Below are positions 7,493-14,562 of a stretch of DNA of 34,578 nucleotides, piece by piece. Within the stretch, counting starts at the first letter, position 1. Each line of letters begins with the position of its first letter. The translations under genes and the position numbers were made by a program. Source of the DNA: a virus. The notes under the pieces were generated by a model, which worked only from the letters and a program-made list of their open reading frames with translations, did not search any database and was not told the origin of the DNA. The stretch lies in the IMG/VR virus record IMGVR_UViG_3300017991_000041; one strand, written 5' to 3'.

Positions 7493-8337
7493 GTCAACCT
7501 CCAAGTTTCTCGTGGTTCTTTTCTGTATGGCTCCAAATCTACTCCTTCAAGTTCAGGAACCTTGGAGTAGTCCACCCTCCCTGGAGGGAAGGACTTGGAA
7601 AGCGTCAGGCCGCCACCACGTGTGCTTTGGCCATCAGCTAGTCCTATGAGCCCTTCACGGAGCTGCTCACGCTTTTCCTTAAGCGTTTTAAGCTCTGCAT
7701 CAATGTCACGTAGGCGCTTGGCATAGCAAAGCCATGAGTCATCCTCACGCTCTACATAGTCCTTATCCGTCAGCTCTGGAGCGGTTTTGCTTTTGATGCA
7801 CTTCCAAAACCCAGACTCTTCCTTGATAAGCGTCTCTATGTAACAATCGTCGCGTTTTACTTCGACAACGGCGCCATTATAACCATCGAAGCTAAAATAG
7901 TAAAGCATTGGTATGCCGAGACAGGCCAGCTGATGCTGAAGCTGTGGTATATAATGCTCCGGGACCTCCCCAGCTAATGCCATTTCATGGTATTTAGAAG
8001 AGGTACACTTGATTTCGACAGCAACTTGACCATCAAGACTAAGGCCGTCCATGGATGCCATCATAAATTTGTGTTCGGGATGGAAGACGACTTGAGGAAA
8101 TACATCAATGCCCGTCTCAGCTTCAAAGGCCGCCCTGGCTTTTGGTTCTAGCTCAGTCCCGCGGCGCATCGCAGCAGTTTCCTCTTGTGCTGGTGCCATC
8201 CCGAGCTTTTCTTGCCACAATTGGAAAGGAGTGCGCCAAGGTGATACACCCATTACGATAGGAGCGTCGCTTGCGCCTATAAATTTACGCCGCATTTGCA
8301 ACCATTCTTCTGTCCCCTGGATTAAATGGTTGCCCAT
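7474..8337 (-). CDS. YqaJ / lambda-Exo-like recombination exonuclease (PD-(D/E)XK).
   Basis: 'GTEEWLQMRRKFIGASDAPIVMGVSPWRTPFQLWQEKLG' matches the YqaJ N-terminal signature. 'MASMDGL..VAVEIKC' is the catalytic core. It is partnered with RecT. Confidence 0.85.
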   Translation of the reverse strand: MGNHLIQGTEEWLQMRRKFIGASDAPIVMGVSPWRTPFQLWQEKLGMAPAQEETAAMRRGTELEPKARAAFEAETGIDVFPQVVFHPEHKFMMASMDGLSLDGQVAVEIKCTSSKYHEMALAGEVPEHYIPQLQHQLACLGIPMLYYFSFDGYNGAVVEVKRDDCYIETLIKEESGFWKCIKSKTAPELTDKDYVEREDDSWLCYAKRLRDIDAELKTLKEKREQLREGLIGLADGQSTRGGGLTLSKSFPPGRVDYSKVPELEGVDLEPYRKEPRETWRLTCTHSS

Positions 8338-8819
8338 GACTCCCCCTTTATAATTCTTAAAACCTGACGTTTAGATATGTTATATTTCTTAGCTAGTCGG
8401 TGTGCGCCCATTTTATAGGGAATATACTCAGCCCTTAGAGATTTCACCTCTTTTTCTGTAAGCTTATGGTTACCATTTCTTTCACAGGGATTTCCCTTTT
8501 TGGGGTTAGGGCCTACAGGAAAAAGACCCCTATCCAAGGCGTCTTTAACGTTTTGTCTGCAACTCCCCACATATAAGTGGTCTGGATTCACACACAAGGG
8601 GACGTCGCACTTGTGAAGAACCCACATTCCTTTAGGAATTTCGCCTTTCCAGAGAATATACGATGCACGATGAGCGCGAAAAAACTTACCGTTCCCAGAT
8701 AGTCCGTATCCATCAGGAGCAACAGGACCATTCCAAATCCAGCATCCGCTCGGTTTTTTTATAAAGCGGGAGGAAAACTCCTCCCGCCGCTGTTGGTAAG
8801 ACTTTTTTGCTCTACCCAT
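8322..8819 (-). CDS. HNH homing endonuclease (166 aa from ATG 8819) with a C-terminal HTH, inserted between recT and exo.
   Basis: 'CWIWNG..DGYG..AHRASYILWKGEIPKGMWVLHKCDVPLCVNPDHLYVGSCRQNVKD', then 'AHRLAKKYNISKRQVLRIIKGESW'. The ATG overlaps the RecT stop (ATGGGTAG). Confidence 0.85.
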   Translation of the reverse strand: MGRAKKSYQQRREEFSSRFIKKPSGCWIWNGPVAPDGYGLSGNGKFFRAHRASYILWKGEIPKGMWVLHKCDVPLCVNPDHLYVGSCRQNVKDALDRGLFPVGPNPKKGNPCERNGNHKLTEKEVKSLRAEYIPYKMGAHRLAKKYNISKRQVLRIIKGESWATI

Positions 8820-9561
8820 GCGCCACCTCACAAGCTTCTTCGCGCATCTTCTCAATGCGTGCGTGAATCTTCTCGGCATGCTCGACAGGGATGTCCTTGG
8901 GCTCCATGTTCTGGCGCTTTAGATAGTCAAAGACCTGGTCCCGGTACTCATGGTGATGACCAAGTTCCTCAAGCAGGAGCTCCGCACCCTCTTCACCGAT
9001 GGTGCATGGTAGAGCCTCCAACTGTGCGTTCTCAGCGGCTGGTTCGTTGTTAAGGGGTACCGCCATTTCAATCTCACCCTGGACATAGCAGCCCTTGATG
9101 ACATCGGGAAACAGCTGCCTAGCCAAGCGTGACAGAGCACGTGCAAAAAGCATGTCCTTTGTGTACATCTTCCAAGTTGGGTTGTTTAACAACCGGGCGT
9201 TCTCAGCGTCTTTGAGAGAGAAGCTCTCGACCCAAGTGTCTCCGGTATCCGAGCGCTTGCCATGCAAGATGCATACCGTCTCGTCAGACCGCTTATCCTT
9301 GGTGATGGAGTGACCTGCTGAGCGAATAAGGGTATTCATCATCAGAGCAGACATCTCCACCTTGCCGCGAACGAAGTACATGCCTCCGTTCAGGGCTTGT
9401 AGTGGGTCAACGCCCACCGACTTTGCCATCTCTACGACGGCATAGATGCCCTCAGCCCCAATCTTCTTGTAATGGGGCGACTGCATTAGCATCTGACACA
9501 GCTTCTGGGTGTTCTGCAACTCCATGAGAGAGTTGTCGATTACGCTTAGTTCTTTGGTCAT
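8812..9561 (-). CDS. recT: RecT-family single-strand annealing protein.
   Basis: 'NPTWKMYTKDMLFARALSRLARQLFPDVIKG' and 'IYAVVEMAKSVGVDPLQALNGGMYFVRGKVE' fit my recollection of the RecT signature. SD 'aggagataacaccATG'. It neighbours the exonuclease. Confidence 0.75.
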   Translation of the reverse strand: MTKELSVIDNSLMELQNTQKLCQMLMQSPHYKKIGAEGIYAVVEMAKSVGVDPLQALNGGMYFVRGKVEMSALMMNTLIRSAGHSITKDKRSDETVCILHGKRSDTGDTWVESFSLKDAENARLLNNPTWKMYTKDMLFARALSRLARQLFPDVIKGCYVQGEIEMAVPLNNEPAAENAQLEALPCTIGEEGAELLLEELGHHHEYRDQVFDYLKRQNMEPKDIPVEHAEKIHARIEKMREEACEVAHG

Positions 9562-9565
9562 GGTG

Positions 9566-9877
9566 TTATCTCCTGTGGTTCATGTGGTCGATTTGTGCCC
9601 GTTGGTAACCGAGGTACCAATGCATCAACCGGTTTTGGTTCTTTTTTTCAACGGCCGGGTCTGCCGCTACCATAGGCACGTCTAATGCGTGGCAAAGTTC
9701 ATCTAGACAGCGTTCCATTTCCATGACATCGCCCGTCTTATACATTGCCTCCACGACGCCCTGCAGCCAATCTCTCATTCCTTCGAGGTCAGGCAGGTCA
9801 TCTTGGTGTATGTAGCCGTAGTCTTCTGGTGTTTGTTCATATTCTGGTTCGTACCAGCTTGCGTTTCGTTCAAACAT
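9566..9877 (-). CDS. Hypothetical 103-aa protein with a very acidic N-terminus, first gene of the leftward block.
   Basis: I prefer ATG 9877 ('acAGGAGcaccacaccATG') over the track start at 9964. Sequence 'MFERNASWYEPEYEQTPEDYGYIHQDDLPDLEG'. Confidence 0.65.
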   Translation of the reverse strand: MFERNASWYEPEYEQTPEDYGYIHQDDLPDLEGMRDWLQGVVEAMYKTGDVMEMERCLDELCHALDVPMVAADPAVEKKNQNRLMHWYLGYQRAQIDHMNHRR

Positions 9878-9907
9878 GGTGTGGTGCTCCTGTGTTTTCA
9901 TTATCGC

Positions 9908-9931
9908 AGATTGAGCATTCCCTCTCAATCT
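9908..9931. promoter_or_regulatory. Perfect inverted repeat AGATTGAG-N8-CTCAATCT in the divergent intergenic region; candidate operator.
   Basis: Read directly. It lies between the leftward (9877) and rightward (10032) first genes. A second small palindrome CTACA-N5-TGTAG follows immediately. Confidence 0.4.
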
Positions 9932-10031
9932 ACACCAAATGTAGCATAGACGAAACATAAACACAACAGAAAAAGCAAATATGGAACTAATATACCAAAA
10001 AATGCTAAGCTATCGCGGTTTGGAGGCACAG

Positions 10032-10313
10032 ATGACGATTTTGAGAGATTGGATAGTAGATAATGGATATACCCAGGGGCAGTTCGCTCATGAGGTGGGA
10101 GTAAGTCGCACACACTTCGGGCTGGTGATGAATGGGCACAGACCGCCAAGCCCGATATTGGCTGAGCGCATAGAAGAATTTACCTATGGCAGAGTGTCGG
10201 CCGCTAGCATCATGGACGGTAGCGCTTTAGGTAACAATGGTAGGCGCAGACGTGTGCGTCGTCAGGGAATACCTAAGAAAGTCCTTCCCAACAATGCAAT
10301 AAGTTTTTTATAG
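10032..10313 (+). CDS. XRE/Cro-like helix-turn-helix transcriptional regulator (94 aa from ATG 10032).
   Basis: 'YTQGQFAHEVGVSRTHFGLVMNGHRPPSPILAERI' is an HTH_3-type pattern. SD 'tGGAGGcacagATG' favours 10032 over the track start at 9981. Confidence 0.75.
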   Translation: MTILRDWIVDNGYTQGQFAHEVGVSRTHFGLVMNGHRPPSPILAERIEEFTYGRVSAASIMDGSALGNNGRRRRVRRQGIPKKVLPNNAISFL

Positions 10314-10337
10314 TCGACCGCGTATTAAAAGGGCGGA

Positions 10338-10381
10338 CCTGGCTACCGCACCACCAGCTGCCAGGCCCTCACAGGAATACC
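10338..10381 (+). promoter_or_regulatory. Copy 1 of the bipartite motif: hairpin CCTGGC..GCCAGG with CCGCACCACC in its loop, then CACAGGAATACC.
   Basis: Exact 10-mer and 12-mer shared with 18694-18737, and an 11-mer shared with 15154-15164. Non-coding DNA upstream of the replication module. Confidence 0.5.
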
Positions 10382-10468
10382 ATGCTCAGAACGAGCGTGA
10401 TACGCAACAGGCAGCCTTAAAAACGCCCTTTTGCGTTAAAAACTGACTGTCACTGCGAGGAGACTAAC

Positions 10469-10582
10469 ATGAGTAGAGGATTTCGGTCTAACAAAAGAGC
10501 AACTAAAAAGAAAAAACCCACCGACGCCGGGAAGCATTCGTGGGCTTTTAACAAATCAACAACCTTGGGAGGAGTCGCATGA
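10469..10582 (+). CDS. Possible small basic ORF (37 aa) in the leader of the replication module.
   Basis: SD 'gcgAGGAGactaacATG'. Product 'MSRGFRSNKRATKKKKPTDAGKHSWAFNKSTTLGGVA'. The stop overlaps the next ATG (ATGA). Confidence 0.3.
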   Translation: MSRGFRSNKRATKKKKPTDAGKHSWAFNKSTTLGGVA

Positions 10583-10692
10583 GAAACGAAAACCACAACC
10601 AGAGGTGTTGCATTATGCCACACACTATACCACACCAAACTCTACAGCAGCAAGCAAAAACGGTCACTCTGGGGGTGAGCTATGGGTATTGA
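10579..10692 (+). CDS. Possible small ORF (37 aa), coupled to the previous one and overlapping the initiator start.
   Basis: SD 'GGAGGAGtcgcATG'. Product 'MRNENHNQRCCIMPHTIPHQTLQQQAKTVTLGVSYGY'. Confidence 0.3.
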   Translation: MRNENHNQRCCIMPHTIPHQTLQQQAKTVTLGVSYGY

Positions 10693-11533
10693 AGCCCCAA
10701 ATTACACCCAGGTCCCTAATTGCTTCTTCGACTACTGGATGGCTCAGCTGTCACACGCAGAGTTCAAGGTGCTGATGTGCGTAGCAAGAAAGACCTTCGG
10801 ATGGCACAAGACTTCAGACGGTATCTCCCTAAGCCAAATTGTAAAGATGACAGGGACCTCCAAGCAGGGAGCCATCAACGCAATCAACATAATCATCTCC
10901 AAGGGGCTCATCGAGAAGACGCGCAATGCGTCCAAGGAGCATGGATATGAGGCAACTGGCTATAGAATCATCGTCCATGTCCCCAAGGAAGAGGATGATG
11001 AAGGTCAACTCAGTGGACACCCTAGTCAAGTCAATAGACAAGGGCTTGTACAACCAGTTGACAGGGGGCTTGTACAACCAGTTGACATACAAAAGAAAGA
11101 CTTTTCAAAAGAAAAAGAACCCTTACGGGAGTATAGCGACACGGCTGCGCCGGTCGCCGCGGTCGCGCCAGATGTGCCTTCTCTTGCCAAACCAAAAAGG
11201 AAACGCAGCGAGAAGGTCATCCGTGCACCACACGTCAAGACAACGGACCTTGAGCATGCAAGGCTTGTCTGCGACTTCGGCTCAGAGCGAGTCCGGCAGG
11301 CATACGACCACCTCAGCCAGTGGAAGGAAGATACCCCAGCCTCGAAGTGGAAAAAGGACGACAACCGAACGCTCAGGCGGTGGGTGTTCAAAGCCCTCGA
11401 TGAAGATGAACTGAGACGCAAGGAGCTCGAACAGCGTAAGGAGCGTCTAGCTAACGGCGGTCAGGTCAAGAAGTCAAACAGCAATCCATGTCTCTCTGAA
11501 GAGGCAAAGGGGCAGTACGATGACGCTTTCTAA
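10682..11533 (+). CDS. Replication initiator / replisome organiser (winged-helix N-terminus), with the origin-like repeats inside the gene.
   Basis: 'YTQVPNCFFDYWMAQLSHAEFKVLMCVARKTFGWHK..ISLSQIVKMTGTSKQGAINAINIIISKGLIEK'. Followed by a DnaC-like loader. Contains iterons at 11042-11087. Confidence 0.7.
   Translation: MGIEAPNYTQVPNCFFDYWMAQLSHAEFKVLMCVARKTFGWHKTSDGISLSQIVKMTGTSKQGAINAINIIISKGLIEKTRNASKEHGYEATGYRIIVHVPKEEDDEGQLSGHPSQVNRQGLVQPVDRGLVQPVDIQKKDFSKEKEPLREYSDTAAPVAAVAPDVPSLAKPKRKRSEKVIRAPHVKTTDLEHARLVCDFGSERVRQAYDHLSQWKEDTPASKWKKDDNRTLRRWVFKALDEDELRRKELEQRKERLANGGQVKKSNSNPCLSEEAKGQYDDAF
11042..11087. repeat. Two exact 22-bp direct repeats GGGCTTGTACAACCAGTTGACA at a 24-bp period; candidate origin iterons. 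An A-rich tract follows.
   Basis: Read directly at 11042-11063 and 11066-11087. Each contains the palindrome TTGTACAA. Downstream is 'tacaaaagaaagacttttcaaaagaaaaagaa'. They encode the duplicated peptide 'GLVQPVD'. Confidence 0.65.
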
Positions 11534-12080
11534 CCACTACTACTCGTGGGGAATCCCCCCAGCATTTTGGCCTTTGATGGAGAAGCGGCCCCAGCAGGAG
11601 CAAGACGTCCTTTCCAAGTGCAAGGACTGGATGGTGGGCGACAAGCCGTTCTGTATCCTAAGCGGCGATAACGGCACTGGGAAGACCACCCTCGCTTGCC
11701 ACATGCTTAAGAGCTGGATGCAGGCCCAATATGCGAAAAAGCCACAGAAGGCCCCAGAATCGCGTTTCGTGAAGCAAGGTATGATGTACCACCAGTGGCT
11801 CGACGAAATGCGCTCAGGCAGCGTTTATGGGCTTCTACAGCGATATTTCGAACCAGACTTACTCGTACTTGATGATATGGGTGTCAAAGTGCCCACCGAA
11901 GGCTTCCGCGAATGGCTCATCAGCCTTATTGACCGGCGCATGGATTATTGCCAGCGGACCATCATAACCACCAACCTTAATGCCAAGGCGATGAAAGAGG
12001 CATACGGCGAGACAATGGTCAGTAGAATCCTGGTCGGGACACAAATCAAACTTATCGGAGGAGACAGACGACGTGATTGA
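11520..12080 (+). CDS. DnaC/IstB-like AAA+ helicase loader.
   Basis: Walker A 'SGDNGTGKTTLA', Walker B 'LLVLDDMG', then 'TIITTNL'. Overlaps the initiator stop. Confidence 0.85.
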   Translation: MTLSNHYYSWGIPPAFWPLMEKRPQQEQDVLSKCKDWMVGDKPFCILSGDNGTGKTTLACHMLKSWMQAQYAKKPQKAPESRFVKQGMMYHQWLDEMRSGSVYGLLQRYFEPDLLVLDDMGVKVPTEGFREWLISLIDRRMDYCQRTIITTNLNAKAMKEAYGETMVSRILVGTQIKLIGGDRRRD

Positions 12081-12474
12081 AGAGATATATAAACGTAACA
12101 TAGAGAAGCTAAAACCTAAGCTGGACAAAGCCAACTTCCCCGGTGTCATTCGCCTCTGTAGAGAGATGATGGGGCTCAAGCAGTTTGCCGCGGCGGAATA
12201 CCTCGGCTTAGAGCGACACAGATACAAAAAGATTGAATGCGGAGACATGCCACGCGGAGCTTATGACGAGGAGTTAATTCGCCTGTCAAGGTTCTTTAGC
12301 CTTGACCATGACTGGCTTGTGGCGAAGCATGACAAGTTTCTACAAACACTATCTAGCGAGCGTAAAGAGGTGAGCCGGAATGTCTGGGATACCGTTAAAT
12401 CCGCGAGAGGTTTTAGTGATTCGAGAGAGGACGGAGGAAATCGACGGATTTCTGAGGCTCAGGCCGGGGCGTAA
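12073..12474 (+). CDS. XRE-type HTH protein (133 aa).
   Basis: 'IRLCREMMGLKQFAAAEYLGLERHRYKKIECGD'. The GTG start overlaps the loader stop. The last ~30 aa overlap the next gene and look off-frame. Confidence 0.6.
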   Translation: MIEEIYKRNIEKLKPKLDKANFPGVIRLCREMMGLKQFAAAEYLGLERHRYKKIECGDMPRGAYDEELIRLSRFFSLDHDWLVAKHDKFLQTLSSERKEVSRNVWDTVKSARGFSDSREDGGNRRISEAQAGA

Positions 12475-12637
12475 CGCTGTCCGAGATGCTGATATCTTCT
12501 GGTGGATTACCCACGGCAAGATGACTCGGAAGGAAGTGGCGGAGCACTACGACCTTACGCTTCCCTATGTGAGCACTCTTTACCAGAAGGCTTGCCGTGA
12601 TGTGGCGGAGGCTAACGAGGTTTACAAATGGTGGTAA
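12380..12637 (+). CDS. Small putative DNA-binding protein (85 aa).
   Basis: SD 'aGAGGTGAgccggaATG'. 'MTRKEVAEHYDLTLPYVSTLYQKACRDV' resembles a sigma-70 region-4 / LuxR-type HTH. Confidence 0.55.
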   Translation: MSGIPLNPREVLVIRERTEEIDGFLRLRPGRNAVRDADIFWWITHGKMTRKEVAEHYDLTLPYVSTLYQKACRDVAEANEVYKWW

Positions 12638-13026
12638 AAATCGAGCTTCTTGGAAACCCACAAACCAAGCTACGCCCTAGATTTAGCAGATGGAAGGGTC
12701 GAGTGCGAACGTACGACCAGCAGTCGGAGGAAAAGAACACGGCGCGATGGCTCATGAAGGCCAAGATGCCTTTTGAACCTTTTGAATGTCCCCTGCATGT
12801 GGAGATGGACTTTCATTTCACCCGCCCCAAATCGGTGAAGCGCCTATTCCACACTGTAAAGCCGGACGTTGATAACTTAGTAAAGTTTGTTCTAGATAAT
12901 GGGAACGGCGTAGTTTGGATAGACGACAAGCAAATAGTGAAAATAACTGCCCGGAAATGCTACGATAAAGAAGCAAAGACGGTTATTAGAGTGAGAGAGG
13001 CCGATGATTGGCACAGTGGAGACTAG
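12628..13026 (+). CDS. rusA: RusA-family Holliday junction resolvase.
   Basis: 'GNPQTKLRPRFS..TYDQQ', then 'PLHVEMDFHFTRP..VKPDVDNLVKFVLDNGNGVVWIDDKQIVKITARKCY', which is the classic RusA D..DN/DD pattern. Confidence 0.85.
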   Translation: MVVKIELLGNPQTKLRPRFSRWKGRVRTYDQQSEEKNTARWLMKAKMPFEPFECPLHVEMDFHFTRPKSVKRLFHTVKPDVDNLVKFVLDNGNGVVWIDDKQIVKITARKCYDKEAKTVIRVREADDWHSGD

Positions 13027-13204
13027 AAAGGTCGTAACAATCGAGTTGGAACGTTCTGAAGTTATCAACATTCTGCAGGGTGCGACGATGGAGGGACATA
13101 TACAGGTCCGCCATGACAAGTCAGATGTGCCTATGGATTGCAGGGTGTATTGCTCTAATCCTGACATAAAGGACGAGCGGGTTATTGAGGACGATGATGA
13201 ATAA
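13004..13204 (+). CDS. Hypothetical small protein (66 aa).
   Basis: ORF with overlap-coupled ends; I recognised no motif. Confidence 0.5.
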   Translation: MIGTVETRKVVTIELERSEVINILQGATMEGHIQVRHDKSDVPMDCRVYCSNPDIKDERVIEDDDE

Positions 13205-13697
13205 CTTCAAGTGGATGGTCTGCACTCAGTGTAAACAGACGGTGTTGCAAAATCCGACAGGTGTGTGCCTAAAGTGTAATGGCCCATTTGATGTGAATGA
13301 CCAGCCGGACAGTTGGAAAAACTTACATAGGTGCAAGCGCTGTGGCAGAGAATTGCCTGTGGCTAGTGACTGTTGTGGCATTTGTAATGATGACGAGTGT
13401 GGTCATTTTGCTCCTGCGTTCACCAAGGATTTAGCTAAGTGCGCAGCCTGTGGCTGGGTACACGTTGTAGTGGAAAACGGGGGTAGAACAACCTGTTTCC
13501 GATGCAGGCAGGATGCCAAGAATATGACAGAGGCATCAGATAGAGACGTGCCGTATGGTGCGACCCTTCAACCAGTCAACAGAGAGGCGTGTTGTGGCAA
13601 AATCACCAGCGTGGCAGAGGAAAGAGGGCAAGAACCCCAAAGGCGGCCTAAACAAGAAGGGTCGAGCGAGTGCGAAGAAGCAGGGGATGAATCTTAA
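13194..13697 (+). CDS. Multi-CxxC zinc-ribbon protein.
   Basis: Cys pairs 'CTQCKQ..CLKCNG', 'CKRCGR..CCGICNDDEC', 'CAACGW..CFRCRQ'. ATG 13194 overlaps the upstream stop. The C-terminal ~45 aa overlap the next ORF. Confidence 0.65.
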   Translation: MMNNFKWMVCTQCKQTVLQNPTGVCLKCNGPFDVNDQPDSWKNLHRCKRCGRELPVASDCCGICNDDECGHFAPAFTKDLAKCAACGWVHVVVENGGRTTCFRCRQDAKNMTEASDRDVPYGATLQPVNREACCGKITSVAEERGQEPQRRPKQEGSSECEEAGDES

Positions 13698-13863
13698 GGC
13701 TCCGGTTAGCAAAGAGCAGGCGAAGAAAAGCCCCAAGGCGGCTAAGCGACGCAAGTCGTTTTGCGCTCGCATGGAAGGGATGAAGAAGAAAAACACGAGT
13801 GCTAAGACTGCGAAGGACCCCGATAGTCGCATAAACAAAGCACTCAGAAAGTGGGACTGCTAA
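13555..13863 (+). CDS. Lysine-rich basic protein; start uncertain (ATG 13555, GTG 13594 or ATG 13687).
   Basis: 'NPKGGLNKKGRASAKKQGMNLKAPVSKEQAKKSPKAAKRRKSFCARMEGMKKKNTSAKTAKDPDSRINKALRKWDC' resembles conserved small basic phage proteins I recall, but this is unverified. Its frame is +1 relative to the zinc-ribbon ORF. Confidence 0.55.
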   Translation: MVRPFNQSTERRVVAKSPAWQRKEGKNPKGGLNKKGRASAKKQGMNLKAPVSKEQAKKSPKAAKRRKSFCARMEGMKKKNTSAKTAKDPDSRINKALRKWDC

Positions 13864-14130
13864 ATGACAGACAAAGTGAAGCAAACAGAAATCAAGATGA
13901 AGCTAGGTGGCGACTGGACCTACCTCAAGGACGGCAAGCCGGAGCTTGGGCAGGAAGTAGAAGTTGTTGTTCTGATGACCTCCAGCGCGGAATACACCGA
14001 AGTGGACGCAGGCCCTCTGTGGCAACAGACCCTGACTAGGCCCGAAAAGGGTGATATCATAGCGTGGAGGAAGATAGATGCCATTCAAGAGCAAAGCTCA
14101 GAGAAGAGCGCTATATGCGAAGAATCCTAA
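13864..14130 (+). CDS. Hypothetical protein (88 aa).
   Basis: The ATG immediately follows the upstream stop. I recognised no motif. Confidence 0.55.
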   Translation: MTDKVKQTEIKMKLGGDWTYLKDGKPELGQEVEVVVLMTSSAEYTEVDAGPLWQQTLTRPEKGDIIAWRKIDAIQEQSSEKSAICEES

Positions 14131-14224
14131 GGTAGCAGCTGAGTTTGAGGCTGCCACTCCCAAAGGAGCCAAGCTCCCGGAGAGAGTAAAGAAGAAAAAG
14201 AAACCCGCAAGGAAGAAAAAATGA
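14078..14224 (+). CDS. Small basic ORF (48 aa, below the track cutoff) with an N-terminal 'MPFKSKAQRRALYA' motif.
   Basis: SD 'GGAGGaagatagATG'. The stop overlaps the next start (ATGA). The 'KSKAQ' N-terminus matches a widespread small-protein family as I recall it (unverified). Confidence 0.5.
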   Translation: MPFKSKAQRRALYAKNPKVAAEFEAATPKGAKLPERVKKKKKPARKKK

Positions 14225-14562
14225 GTCACAAAGTTCATTTCGTCTACATGGACGGCAAAGACCTAACGGTGTTCCTCAAGGACAACGAAGTAAAAAGGTT
14301 TATGGAATCCATTGGCAAATCGGAGGTGTATTTTGACGATGAGGCAGGAAAAGGAATGTGGATTCCCATCGACAGAATCCGATATTTCCAGGTTGAAAGA
14401 GAGCTTGACCCGGGACAAGGCCTTAATCGAGTACCATCTGGAAATGCTGGAGATTCACGAAAGGAAGCTCCTCATTCAGAAGATGGAAGCGGAAGCGTGG
14501 AACAAGCTGTATGTCCACCTGAGACCGAACAAGCACAGGACGGAGATGGACTATCATGCTGA
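14221..14562 (+). CDS. Hypothetical protein. The N-terminal ~60 aa look globular and the rest looks off-frame.
   Basis: 'MSHKVHFVYMDGKDLTVFLKDNEVKRFMESIGKSEVYFDDEAGKGMWIPIDRIRYFQVE' is followed by a Gly/Ser/Pro/Asp-rich tail. Confidence 0.55.
   Translation: MSHKVHFVYMDGKDLTVFLKDNEVKRFMESIGKSEVYFDDEAGKGMWIPIDRIRYFQVERELDPGQGLNRVPSGNAGDSRKEAPHSEDGSGSVEQAVCPPETEQAQDGDGLSC

Noticed and set aside
10422-10437. AACGC-cctttt-GCGTT hairpin flanked by A-runs as a terminator.
   Set aside because: The stem is only 5 bp. On the + strand no U-tract follows, and on the - strand there is no upstream gene to terminate.
10450-10638. 62-aa minus-strand ORF in the replication leader.
   Set aside because: It runs against the transcription direction of the region and has no RBS. 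The + strand small ORFs have strong SDs, though they are themselves low-confidence.
9981-12637. Lysogeny module (several HTH regulators, Cro/CI-like layout).
   Set aside because: No integrase, excisionase, partition system or attP-like feature was found. The HTH genes alone do not establish a temperate lifestyle.
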